DNA from: an uncultured Oscillibacter sp.
GTDB lineage: Bacteria > Bacillota > Clostridia > Oscillospirales > Oscillospiraceae
Length of the DNA stretch: 64,000 bases
NCBI RefSeq assembly: GCF_910579365.1
Contig: NZ_CAJTUX010000005.1
Location: forward strand, 4,800-68,799
Direction of reading: 5' to 3'
A program made the translations under genes and the position numbers. Positions 45,614 through 54,354 of this stretch are shown one piece after another (position 1 is the first letter of the stretch; every line of letters starts with the position of its first letter). Below the pieces are notes generated by a model. The model ran no database searches, was not told the origin of the DNA, and saw only the letters and a list, made by a program, of their open reading frames with translations.

Positions 45614-47359
45614 TTACCGGGCCTGCTCAGACGTCCCGGCGGACCAGGCGTTGTGATCCGTGTGGAGCAGGTGGTGGGACCGCTCGCCCAAGGGTTTTTT
45701 GAGGTAGGTCCGGTACAGCGCCTGCACATCCGGGTTCTCGTGGGAGAAACGGAGTTCGGAACCCGCGTCCAGCTTCCAGAGCTGGCTGCCCCGCGCTCCC
45801 GCGTACTCCGCGCCGCCGTGGATGGGCTGTCCGCCGCCTCCGGCGCAGCCTCCGGGACAGGCCATGACCTCCACAAAATCGTAGTCCGCCGTTCCCTCCT
45901 CAATGGCCTCCATCAGCCGCCGGGTGTTCCCCAGACCGCTGACCACCGCGACGCGGATGTCCCCCGCGCCGGGGATGTTGAACGTGGCCTCCTTCCAGGG
46001 TTTCTCGCCCCGAACGGCCTTGAAGGCGTCGGCGTCCGGGTTCTTCCCCGTCACCAGGTAGTAGGCGCTCCGCAGCGCCGCGTCCATCACGCCGCCCGTC
46101 GCGCCGAAGATCACCGCAGCGCCGGTGCCGCTGCCCAGGGGGCTGTCGAACTCCGCTTCCTCCAGGTCCGTGGGGATAATACAGTCGCTGCGGAACAGGC
46201 GCACCATCTCCCGGGTGGTCAGCACCACGTCCACATCCGGGTCGCCGCAGGCGTCCCGCATGGCGGGCAGCTCGCTCTCCGCCTTCTTCGCGGAGCAGGG
46301 CATGATGGACACCACGCATATCTTCTTCGGGTCCAGGCCCATCTTCTCGGCAAAGTAGCTCTTGGCCACCGCGCCGAACATCTGCTGGGGCGATTTCGCC
46401 GTGGACAGATGGTCCGTGTAGGCCGGATACTGGGTCTTCAGGAACCGCACCCAGCCGGGGCAGCAGGAGGTGAACATGGGCCAGCGGTACTTCCCCCGGT
46501 GGGTGAAGCGGTCCACGAACTCGCTGCCCTCCTCCATGATGGTCAGGTCCGCAGCGAAGTTGGTGTCAAACACATAGTCGAAGCCCAGGCGCTTCAGCGC
46601 CGCCACCATGCGGCCGGTGGTGGCCTGCTTGGCCGGGAGATTGAAAACCTCCGCCCAGGCCACCCGCACCGCCGGAGCCACCTGAATCACCGTGGTAATC
46701 TCGGGGTCGGCCAGGGCCCGGAGGACCTTGGTGGTATCGTCCCGGACCGTCAGGGCGCCGGTGGGGCAGTGGGTGACGCACTGGCCGCAAAACACACAGT
46801 CCGTGTTCTTGAGGTAGCGGTTGTAGCTCACGTCCACCGTGGTCCGGGAACCCGTCCCGGCCACATCCCAGATGTTCATGCCCTGAATCTTGTCGCAGAC
46901 CTGGACGCAGCGCATGCACTTGATGCACTTGCTGGCCTCCCGGACGATGGGAACGCTGAGGTCGATCTGGGCCCGCTCCGGCTGGACCGCATAGGGCTGG
47001 TAGTGGATGTTCAGGTCATGGGACAGCTGCTGGAGCTCGCAATAGCCGCTCCGCACGCAGACGGTGCAGTTGGAGTTGTGCTGCGAGAGAATCAGACGGA
47101 GATTCGTCTTCCGGGCGTCCCGTACCCGGGGAGAGTTCGTATGAATGACCATGCCCTCCAGGATTTCCGTGTTGCAGGCCGGGACCAGCCGCTCCGTACC
47201 CTCGATCTCCACCATGCACATCCGGCAGGCGGCGATCTCGTTAATGTCTTTCAAATAGCACAGATGGGGGATGGGGATGCCCGCCTTCTCGGCGGCGTTC
47301 AGAATGGTGGTCCCCTTGGGGGCGGTCAGCTCCCGGCCGTTGATCGTAAAGTTTACCAT
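45614..47359 (-). CDS. [FeFe]-hydrogenase group A catalytic subunit
   Basis: H-cluster motifs FTSCCPGW, MPCSAKKAE, EVMACPGGCAGGGGQP; N-terminal 2Fe-2S, HxxxCxxC and 2x4Fe-4S motifs. Confidence 0.95.
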   Translation of the reverse strand: MVNFTINGRELTAPKGTTILNAAEKAGIPIPHLCYLKDINEIAACRMCMVEIEGTERLVPACNTEILEGMVIHTNSPRVRDARKTNLRLILSQHNSNCTVCVRSGYCELQQLSHDLNIHYQPYAVQPERAQIDLSVPIVREASKCIKCMRCVQVCDKIQGMNIWDVAGTGSRTTVDVSYNRYLKNTDCVFCGQCVTHCPTGALTVRDDTTKVLRALADPEITTVIQVAPAVRVAWAEVFNLPAKQATTGRMVAALKRLGFDYVFDTNFAADLTIMEEGSEFVDRFTHRGKYRWPMFTSCCPGWVRFLKTQYPAYTDHLSTAKSPQQMFGAVAKSYFAEKMGLDPKKICVVSIMPCSAKKAESELPAMRDACGDPDVDVVLTTREMVRLFRSDCIIPTDLEEAEFDSPLGSGTGAAVIFGATGGVMDAALRSAYYLVTGKNPDADAFKAVRGEKPWKEATFNIPGAGDIRVAVVSGLGNTRRLMEAIEEGTADYDFVEVMACPGGCAGGGGQPIHGGAEYAGARGSQLWKLDAGSELRFSHENPDVQALYRTYLKKPLGERSHHLLHTDHNAWSAGTSEQAR

Positions 47360-49191
47360 TTCTCCACACGTCCTCCCTTGAAGATTCCATAGCCGAAGTG
47401 GTCGCACCGCAGGCACCGGGAGGACTCCTGCCCGGCCTCCTGGTCGGTCATGCCGCACTCGATGCACTGGAAGTCCCCTTTGCGCTCGCCGGCCTCCCGT
47501 TCGGTGGCGTTGACCCGGCCCCGGGGCCGCAGGTCCGCGCAGCGGGGCGTGGGAACCTTGACCTCGGACTCGATCTCATGGTTAAAGCCCAGGTACTCGT
47601 CGATGTTGGCGGCGGCGGCCTTGCCTGCGGCGATGGCCCGGATGACCGTGGCGGGACCCGTCACGCAGTCGCCGCCTGCAAAAACGCCCACCATATCGGG
47701 CAGCTGGGTGCTGGAGTCCGCCAGCAGGGCCCCGCCCCGCTGAATCTTGATGCCCGTCTGCTCCAGGCCCCGGGTCTCGATGCCCTGGCCGATGGCGACG
47801 ATGATCGTGTCCGCCGGAATCCGCAGGGGCTCCACGGCGGCGGTATTGGGCCGGGGACGGCCCGCCTTGTCCATTTCGCCGATGATCTGGGGCTGGGTCC
47901 AGAGGGCGGAGACGTGGCCGTTTTCGTCGGCCTCGATGCGCAGAGGAGCCTGGAGGGTCAACACCTCCGCCCCTTCGGCGATGGCTCCCTCCACTTCCTC
48001 GGCCTGGGCGGTCATATCCTCCTGACGGCGGCGGTAGACGCAGGTGACTTTTTCCGCTCCCAGGCGGATGGCGGAGCGGGTCACGTCCATGGCAACGTTG
48101 CCGCCGCCGATGACCACCACGTTCTGACCGGCGAAATCGGGCATCTCGTTGTCCCCGATGTGGCGCAGCAGCTCCACGGCGGAGACCACGCCCAGGCTGT
48201 CCTCTCCCTCAATGCCCGTCTTCTTGTCGGTGTGGGCGCCGATGGAGAGATAAAGGCAGTCGTACTGCTGCTTGAGCTCGTCGAAGGAGAGGCCGGTCCC
48301 CACGTTGACCCCGGTATGTACCTCGATGCCGAGAGACAGGATGGAGGCGATTTCCGCGTCCAGCTTCTCCCGGGGGAAGCGGTAGCTGGGGATGCCGTAG
48401 CGCATCATGCCGCCCAGGGCCTTCTGCTTCTCGTAGACCGTGACCTTGTGACCCATAAGGGCCAGGTAGTAGGCCGCCGACAATCCGCCGGGGCCGCCGC
48501 CCACGATGGCCACGGACTTGCCCGTAGCCTTGGCGGGCTTGGGCTGGGGCACGTCCCCGGCGTGGTCCACGGCGTAGCGCTTGAGTCCGCGGATATTGAG
48601 GGCGTCGTCCACCATGTTCCGGCGGCAGCGGGCCTCGCAGGGATGCTCGCAGATGTAGGCGCAGGCCGTGGGGAAGGGATTGTCCTTGCGGATGAGCCGC
48701 ACGGCGTCGCCGCAGCGGCCCTCGCTGATGAGGGCGATGTAGCCGGGGATATCCACGCCTGCCGGGCACAGGGCCACGCAGGGCACGGGGTTTTTCAGAG
48801 ACCCCAGGCAGCGGTGGTGCAGGATGTGCTCCTCGTAGTCGTCCCGGAAGCCCTTGAGGCCCATGAGGACCAGATTGGCCGCGTCGGTACCAATGGCGCA
48901 GTCCGCCGTGTCCACGATGACCTGGGCCGTCTTCTCAATCCGCCGGAGAATGCTCAGGTCCGGCTCCCCGTCCAGCACCTCCCGGATCATGTTGGAAAGC
49001 TGGCTCAGGCCGATGCGGCAGGGCACGCACTTGCCACAGGTCTGGGCCCGGCAGAGGTCCAGGAAATTCAGCGCCATATCCACGGGGCAGAGGCCCGGCG
49101 GGCTGGCCGCGATCCGCCGCTCCATATTGCGGTAGAGCTGCTCCACCACCGCCTGGGCCTGGCCGGGGGTCTTCACTTCCAGTCTGCTCAT
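47353..49191 (-). CDS. NuoF-type 4Fe-4S + GltD-like FAD/NAD(P)H oxidoreductase (hydrogenase partner)
   Basis: TCGKCVPCRIG..DCAIG; PCVALCP, ICEHPCE; VGGGPGG; GGGNVAMD..YRRR; AGGDCVTGP. Confidence 0.9.
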   Translation of the reverse strand: MSRLEVKTPGQAQAVVEQLYRNMERRIAASPPGLCPVDMALNFLDLCRAQTCGKCVPCRIGLSQLSNMIREVLDGEPDLSILRRIEKTAQVIVDTADCAIGTDAANLVLMGLKGFRDDYEEHILHHRCLGSLKNPVPCVALCPAGVDIPGYIALISEGRCGDAVRLIRKDNPFPTACAYICEHPCEARCRRNMVDDALNIRGLKRYAVDHAGDVPQPKPAKATGKSVAIVGGGPGGLSAAYYLALMGHKVTVYEKQKALGGMMRYGIPSYRFPREKLDAEIASILSLGIEVHTGVNVGTGLSFDELKQQYDCLYLSIGAHTDKKTGIEGEDSLGVVSAVELLRHIGDNEMPDFAGQNVVVIGGGNVAMDVTRSAIRLGAEKVTCVYRRRQEDMTAQAEEVEGAIAEGAEVLTLQAPLRIEADENGHVSALWTQPQIIGEMDKAGRPRPNTAAVEPLRIPADTIIVAIGQGIETRGLEQTGIKIQRGGALLADSSTQLPDMVGVFAGGDCVTGPATVIRAIAAGKAAAANIDEYLGFNHEIESEVKVPTPRCADLRPRGRVNATEREAGERKGDFQCIECGMTDQEAGQESSRCLRCDHFGYGIFKGGRVEKW

Positions 49192-49236
49192 GACTTCACT
49201 TCTTTCCTAAAAGTTTTTTTGGTTTCCTAAATATTA

Positions 49237-49330
49237 ATTATGAATGCAGCCCCCGGGAATGTCAAGAAAAGTTATAAAATAGACAATCTTTTTTTAAAAG
49301 CGCCGCTCTTTATTGTGAAATATTTCTCAT
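49237..49330 (-). promoter_or_regulatory. Hydrogenase operon promoter with Rex-like boxes
   Basis: TTGACA-17-CATAAT (49265-49237); TTGTGAA-ATAT-TTCTCAT at 49313-49330; weaker dyad at 49269-49286. Confidence 0.65.
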
Positions 49331-49403
49331 AAGCATCCCGGCAACTCCTTATAGCGGAAAAAGACGACCGTCCCGCAGGACAGCCGTCTCTCTTTCCGGA
49401 TTT

Positions 49404-49570
49404 TCAGGAATCCTTCCGGACCTTCCAGACTCCCGCCAGAATGTCCTTCAGGACCAGGAAGGCGTCCTGGTCCTCATAGCCATAGTCCCGTTCCAATCTG
49501 TCCAGCAGCCGCCCCAGCTCCGATGCGTAAGGCGCCGGCTCCACCTGGGACGGATATTGGACCAGGATAC
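49404..49570 (-). pseudogene. Orphan 3' end of a truncated gene
   Basis: ILVQYPSQVEPAPYASELGRLLDRLERDYGYEDQDAFLVLKDILAGVWKVRKDS* in host-like codon usage; followed by hairpin at ~49357-49396; no start. Confidence 0.5.
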
Positions 49571-49900
49571 CTGATTGACCTCATCCAACGCACACTGTAC
49601 CTTCTCCAGTCCAATATATGGAGCGCACTGATAGAGCGTTTCCTTGATCTGCTCCGGGGTAGCCCCCACGTCCAGGGCGGAAAGCGTATAGCGTTCCAGC
49701 GGCTTTCAAGTCTGGCAGGCAGGCAGCGCCGCCAAACGAATCAACGCTTTCTGCGCGTCTGTCAACGTCCCGTGTTCCGTAACATCTCCGCGCTAAAAGC
49801 CTTGGGCGATCTTCCGAACCTCCGGGTCGCAGTCGCCGGGGAATGCCTGACCCCGATACCAGTTCTGGTTATTCTTTTCTGACAATTCCGTCCGGTTCAT
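49568..49900 (-). pseudogene. Carboxymuconolactone decarboxylase-family pseudogene
   Basis: MNRTELSEK..GF*RGDV..CQT*..ALDVGATPEQIKETLYQCAPYIG; two in-frame stops, 3' truncated. Confidence 0.75.
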
Positions 49901-50090
49901 TTGACTGCCTCCATTTTCACCGTGAAATTCTCTGTCATACCGCCGACCACATCCATTCCGCTGTCAATGCGGCCCAAGAGGATCAGAGAAGTGGAATTGC
50001 GGAAGTCCCGATAAAAGATGCAGAGGCTGCCCCAGGGGGCGTACAAGCGCAGGTCCCCCACATCCGGGTCAAAGGTATCCGGCATTCCCT
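49897..50090 (-). pseudogene. Cyclophilin-like fold protein, C-terminal fragment
   Basis: GDLRLYAPWGSLCIFY..LGRI motif; N-terminus missing. Confidence 0.7.
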
Positions 50091-50109
50091 CCCGCGATTG
50101 CCGGAATAC

Positions 50110-50445
50110 TCAATCCTCCGGCTGATCCAAACCTAACCGCCGGGCGATTTCCTCCGGCTTGAGACCGGCTTTGCTGGCACTCTTGATTAAATCCTGGATT
50201 TTCTGTTTTTTGGTCTTACGGGGTTTGCGCGGCGGTTTTGGCGCAAAAATGTCCTTTTTCTTCTGCTCCAAAGCCGCAATACGCCTTTTAACAGCCGCCT
50301 CCTTCTTGTCAAAATCCTCGTTGGCGGCGGCTCTTTTGGCGGCGAGGGCGTCCAAGTCCTGACTCAGCTTTTGAATCTTGCCGTCAATATCCTCGGCCAT
50401 CTGCTGCGGGGTGCGGCGCGTGCGCTTTACATTTTGCTCATCCAT
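50110..50445 (-). CDS. Small basic coiled-coil protein (111 aa)
   Basis: Intact ORF, AAGGAG RBS, AT-rich upstream with TATAAT. Confidence 0.8.
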   Translation of the reverse strand: MDEQNVKRTRRTPQQMAEDIDGKIQKLSQDLDALAAKRAAANEDFDKKEAAVKRRIAALEQKKKDIFAPKPPRKPRKTKKQKIQDLIKSASKAGLKPEEIARRLGLDQPED

Positions 50446-50574
50446 GGTTCATGCTCCTTTTTGATGTATGATTGAGAGAAAAATCTTATGAGAAATTATA
50501 TCCAAAAATATCAAATTTAAATAGTTATTTCTATCATAGCATAGGAAGCGCATTTTGCAAACAGGTTTTCAAAT

Positions 50575-50620
50575 AAAAAATGGGCGGCGGAAGCGTAAAA
50601 GATACGCTCCCGCCGCCCCT
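50575..50620 (-). terminator. Intrinsic terminator
   Basis: Minus strand GGGCGGCGGGAGCGTA...TACGCTTCCGCCGCCC followed by T6. Confidence 0.7.
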
Positions 50621-50683
50621 CCGTGTCAAAGCCCCTCGAATTTCCGTATCCGGTCATATACCTCATATTCCTCCCGGATGCTG

Positions 50684-50914
50684 TTAAAGGCGCCGGCCGT
50701 CCTTTTCGTAGATACCGAAAAGAAAGAAGGACAGCATCAGTCCGATCATCAGCAAAGCCGCTGTGTCGTTACCAATACTGCCCCGTGTGAGAAGATAAGC
50801 GGGGATGCCACCCAGACCGCCCGCGCCGAAACACACAAGCTGGCGGCGAGGCAGGTTAAAGGCAACCTTCGTTTTGACTTTCGTAAGGTCCTTGGGAACC
50901 GGCACAAATGGCAT
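50684..50914 (-). pseudogene. PrgI-family conjugation protein, truncated
   Basis: MPFVPVPKDLTKVKTKVAFNL..RQLVCFG..YEKDG then premature stop. Confidence 0.8.
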
Positions 50915-51270
50915 GATCTCGCCTTCTTGTCTTTCTGATGCCGCTGGACAGCGGGCCGCTCCGCTTGCTCCGCCAGTACCGCCTTTGCCACCGCAAGCTG
51001 TTCGCGAATAGAAAGCTTTTCCCCATCTCCCTGTACAGCGGTTTTAACCGTTTGGAAGTAGATGATGTGTGCATAATGGGATTCTCCGGCAAAGGCGTTT
51101 TCAAAAGCTGTTTTCGCAGACTTTTCGTCCGAATAGCCGCGGCTCCAAGTATAGTACCGAGCGGCGTATCAATACCGGTAATGATCCGGGCACAGGCATC
51201 AAAAATTTGCTTGTTGAGTTCATCATCACTTCCAATCTGAAACCAATGCCTCCATCCAGCCGTATCCCTA
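50914..51270 (-). pseudogene. Frameshifted remnant of ICE accessory gene upstream of prgI
   Basis: C-terminal KLSIREQLAVAKAVLAEQAERPAVQRHQKDKKAR tail resembles clostridial ICE proteins; no intact frame. Confidence 0.45.
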
Positions 51271-51402
51271 TAAAAAATACTGTCACAGTATTTCCGGCTT
51301 CTTCTGCCCCTTTCTTAAAATTCCGCCGTTAATGCCGTTGTGTTTCCGGCTTTTCTCAGGCTTCCATTGAGAATTATAATTTTTTTGCTCATAATTATCC
51401 CC

Positions 51403-51948
51403 TTAAATTGCATTGGCTAAATCGGTCGCTTTTTTGCAGCCCTCGGTTTTGTCAATATCGCCAACATTTAATACGCCGGGAATTAAAACCTCGCCTATCA
51501 TTTTCCATTTATTCAGTGCCGCCATACGTTCAATGGGAATACGAACGCCGTCCATAACAGACATATCATCTTCTTCACAACAGGTAATCAGCGCGCATTC
51601 CTTTCCTGCAATATCCTTGCCGCCGACAACCATTGAAAAGATACGGTCAATGACACCTTTAATCTGTGCCGGGATAGAATACCAGTAGACAGGCATAGTA
51701 AACACGATAACGTCCGCTTCAAGAATTGCCGGTGCAACTGTGTTGAAATCATCATCAAATGTACAGGCTTTTTCAGTAGAAAAGCAAGTTTCACAAGCCC
51801 GGCAGCCGCCCACTTTTTTTAATGCAGCGTCAAACCGTGTGATTGTATGCCCCTTTTCTTCGGCTGCCTTGATGAAAGCGTCCGCCATGGCAAAGCTATT
51901 CCCGTTTTTCCGTGGGCTGCCCGTTATTACAACCATTGTTTTACTCAT
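51403..51948 (-). CDS. Flavodoxin family / iron-sulfur flavoprotein (NADPH-dependent FMN reductase fold)
   Basis: GSPRKNGNS, GCRACETC..C, PVYWY; AT-rich relative to flanks. Confidence 0.9.
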   Translation of the reverse strand: MSKTMVVITGSPRKNGNSFAMADAFIKAAEEKGHTITRFDAALKKVGGCRACETCFSTEKACTFDDDFNTVAPAILEADVIVFTMPVYWYSIPAQIKGVIDRIFSMVVGGKDIAGKECALITCCEEDDMSVMDGVRIPIERMAALNKWKMIGEVLIPGVLNVGDIDKTEGCKKATDLANAI

Positions 51949-52034
51949 AAAAATCTGTACTCCTTATGCTGTGAAATTGACTTTATCTGTACTTGACATT
52001 ATAATCATAGCAAGAATTAAATCAAAATCAAGTA

Positions 52035-52050
52035 CGCACATATAAGTGCG
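52035..52050. promoter_or_regulatory. Palindromic operator between flavoprotein and HxlR genes
   Basis: CGCAC-ATATAA-GTGCG. Confidence 0.5.
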
Positions 52051-52094
52051 ATACTTACAGATAAGTTATATACTCACCTAAAGGAGAGTGTAAA

Positions 52095-52475
52095 ATAAGT
52101 GGACGCTGCATTGCAAATGAATGTCTTGAAACAACAGGTTTCAGCTATACATTGTCACTAGTCAATGGCAAATATAAAATGACTGTTTTATATACTTTAG
52201 CAGAGTTCGGAATTGTTCGCTTTAACGAAATGAAAAAATACATCAGTGGAATTTCATATAAGACTTTACGTTCCACTCTGAAAGAATTAGAAGCAGACCA
52301 ATTAGTTCATAGAAAAGAATATCCTCAAATCCCTCCAAAAGTAGAGTATAGTTTAACCGAATGTGGAAAATCTTTGATTCCCATTTTGGACGGAATGTGT
52401 GAATGGGGTGATAAAAACAGGACTAAACCAGCGCGCCCCTTGCTGCGGGGTGTTTCTGATTTAGTCCTATTTTAA
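52095..52475 (+). pseudogene. HxlR-family winged-helix regulator, start codon reads ATA, C-terminus altered
   Basis: GKYK, RFNE, LKELEADQLVHRKEYPQIPPKVEYSLT; in-frame ATA 8 nt after AAGGAG. Confidence 0.7.
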
Positions 52476-52482
52476 CAGGCCC

Positions 52483-52765
52483 ATCGTGGAAGCGCACCCC
52501 CTCCAGGCCAGCGGTCTCCACCAATGCCCGGAAATGGTTATTCACATACTGCGTGAACAGGTTCCGGCCTTTGGCGTTGGTGAACACCAGCCTGTGGGGA
52601 TTGTCCCACTCAGGACCAGCCCGGAGCTGCTTGTCAATCGTGATGGTGCCCCGCTCCATGTCCACGCTGTCCCAAGTGAGGCCCAGCAGCTCCGATATGC
52701 GCATACCCGTGAACAGCGCTGCGGTAATAATGTGTTCCAACTCAGTCCCCTTTGCGGCGGCTTGC
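52483..52765 (-). pseudogene. Tyrosine recombinase/integrase fragment
   Basis: FTGMRISELLGLTWD (box I) and VRFHD cut before LRH; internal segment missing. Confidence 0.85.
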
Positions 52766-52790
52766 GGCTCTTTTCGCCATGATGTGCTCC

Positions 52791-53353
52791 CCGGGCAACC
52801 GCATTTGAAATTAGCGGAAAAGGATATCAGGAAGACGCTGCGGGTTCAAGGCAGCGGCAAAACGCTTTTTCTGGATACTGAGCCTGCGGCCCAAGTCAGT
52901 ATTTTTGCAGAGAGCCAGAGCAGTTTTACGCAGAACATTCAGGTTGAATAGAGCGAAATATCCTCCAGCAGGGCCGGATGATTTCCCTTCTGGCCAATCA
53001 CATAATCCGCCTGACTCTCCCTGATTTTCCTGACAATTTCTTTCCGGCAGCTCATTGCGTCCGCCGTTATGATGCTGTTCTCTATATTCAAAGAATCCAA
53101 ACGTTCCGGCGCTGCCGTGATCTCGTTGGACGTTTCATCCGTCACGATCTCACCCGGTACCAGCTGGTTTACCGCCGCAAACGCACTGACTACATGATAC
53201 GCTTTCTGGGTATTCCTTTTACTGCCGCGAATGGTCTTGCCGTCCACGGCGATTACAGAACCTTCTTTACGCTTGCATCCCAGCCAGGCATACAGGCATT
53301 CTGAATTCCTGTTTATCTCTCTTTTTTGCTAAATTTCAAATGCTGTTGCCCTG
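52791..53353 (-). mobile_element. Internally deleted ISAs1-family IS (563 bp) with both terminal inverted repeats
   Basis: IRs CAGGGCAACAGCATTTGAAATTTAGC / CCGGGCAACCGCATTTGAAATTAGC; VDGKTIRGS, SNEITA, TADAM, KGNHP and C-terminal LNVLRK..KKRF fragments. Confidence 0.88.
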
Positions 53354-53515
53354 AAGCTCCATGCACCAGTTTTTTCACCGAACACGAAAGGAACTCCTCC
53401 CGGATTCTCTCCGGGCAAAAATTGCCGCAAACGGCGGCGGCGCACCCACCCGCGCCTGCGGGCGAAGCGCTCTTCGCCCGTTCCCCGGCTTTTGCCGCGT
53501 TTCAGACAAAACACA

Positions 53516-53548
53516 GGCCGGGTGGATATCGAAGATATCCACCCGGCC
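53516..53548. terminator. Perfect 15-bp hairpin
   Basis: GGCCGGGTGGATATC-GAA-GATATCCACCCGGCC. Confidence 0.75.
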
Positions 53549-53579
53549 TTTCCGCGTATTTTGGGCGCTTGACCGGCGC

Positions 53580-53675
53580 TCAGGGAATCTGCCGGTACAG
53601 CATCGCCTGACGCATCATCTGAAACCAACGCTCCTCAGAGCGAGCACTGGGTTTGTGAAACATACGAATCAACAT
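53580..53675 (-). CDS. Candidate 31-aa small protein
   Basis: MLIRMFHKPSARSEERWFQMMRQAMLYRQIP*; TAAGGAG RBS; TTGCGT-16-TAAAAT promoter; downstream hairpin. Confidence 0.5.
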   Translation of the reverse strand: MLIRMFHKPSARSEERWFQMMRQAMLYRQIP

Positions 53676-54084
53676 GATCTAACGCACTCCTTATCAAACT
53701 CACCGATGAAGTACCCTTATTTTAGCGCAAGCCGCCAAAAACGCAAGCTCCATTTTTTACGAATATGCCAAATTTATACCTATGATTTTATGCAATATGT
53801 CCAGTCTCCAAGTCTTGTTTTCCGCCGCCTGCGCCGCTCCTGCGGACGCCGCTCCGCAGCGGCTTGTCCGCACTGTGCGGGAGGAACCAGCGCCGGTGTC
53901 TCCGCGCCGCAGACGGCAGGGCCCCTTCGCCGCAGGAAAACACCGCAAAAAAGCAAGATGTAAAATGCACAATTTTTTCAGCTTTCGCCTGTGAAATATG
54001 GCGGAATTGCGTGTGAGTCCAATTTTTGACTTGCCGGAAAGGAAAATCTGTGGTAATGTTAAATAAATCAATACTGTGTGCTTA

Positions 54085-54180
54085 AGAGAATGAGAGTCTA
54101 CAGTACACAAACGTTCCTTCTACATGGGTGTTTTGGGTGTGGAGGGAAATACGTTGTGTAGCTGTTGGCTCTTGCTTTTT
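54085..54180 (+). promoter_or_regulatory. Long leader terminator, GlpP-type antitermination element
   Basis: ~35-bp imperfect stem GAGAGTCTACAGTACACAAACG..CGTTGTGTAGCTGTTGGCTCTT plus T-tract, between promoter and first ABC gene. Confidence 0.65.
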
Positions 54181-54354
54181 ATCCCCGTCATTCTTTTGCA
54201 GAGGGAAGGCACACGCGCGGGCAAATTTACAGAGATTGGAGGATGATCTGGAGCAAATGGGAATCAGAAAGGGACGCGCCCCTTTCTCCGTCCCCCGAGG
54301 GGGACGGACCAGCGAAACACTCTGACGAACAAGGAAGAAGAGGTGACTCCGTAC

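Noticed and set aside
53764..54001. Two loosely similar ATGCNNAA-N18/19-TGNAATATG elements
   Set aside because: Spacing differs and the match is too degenerate to call an operator without a genome-wide search.
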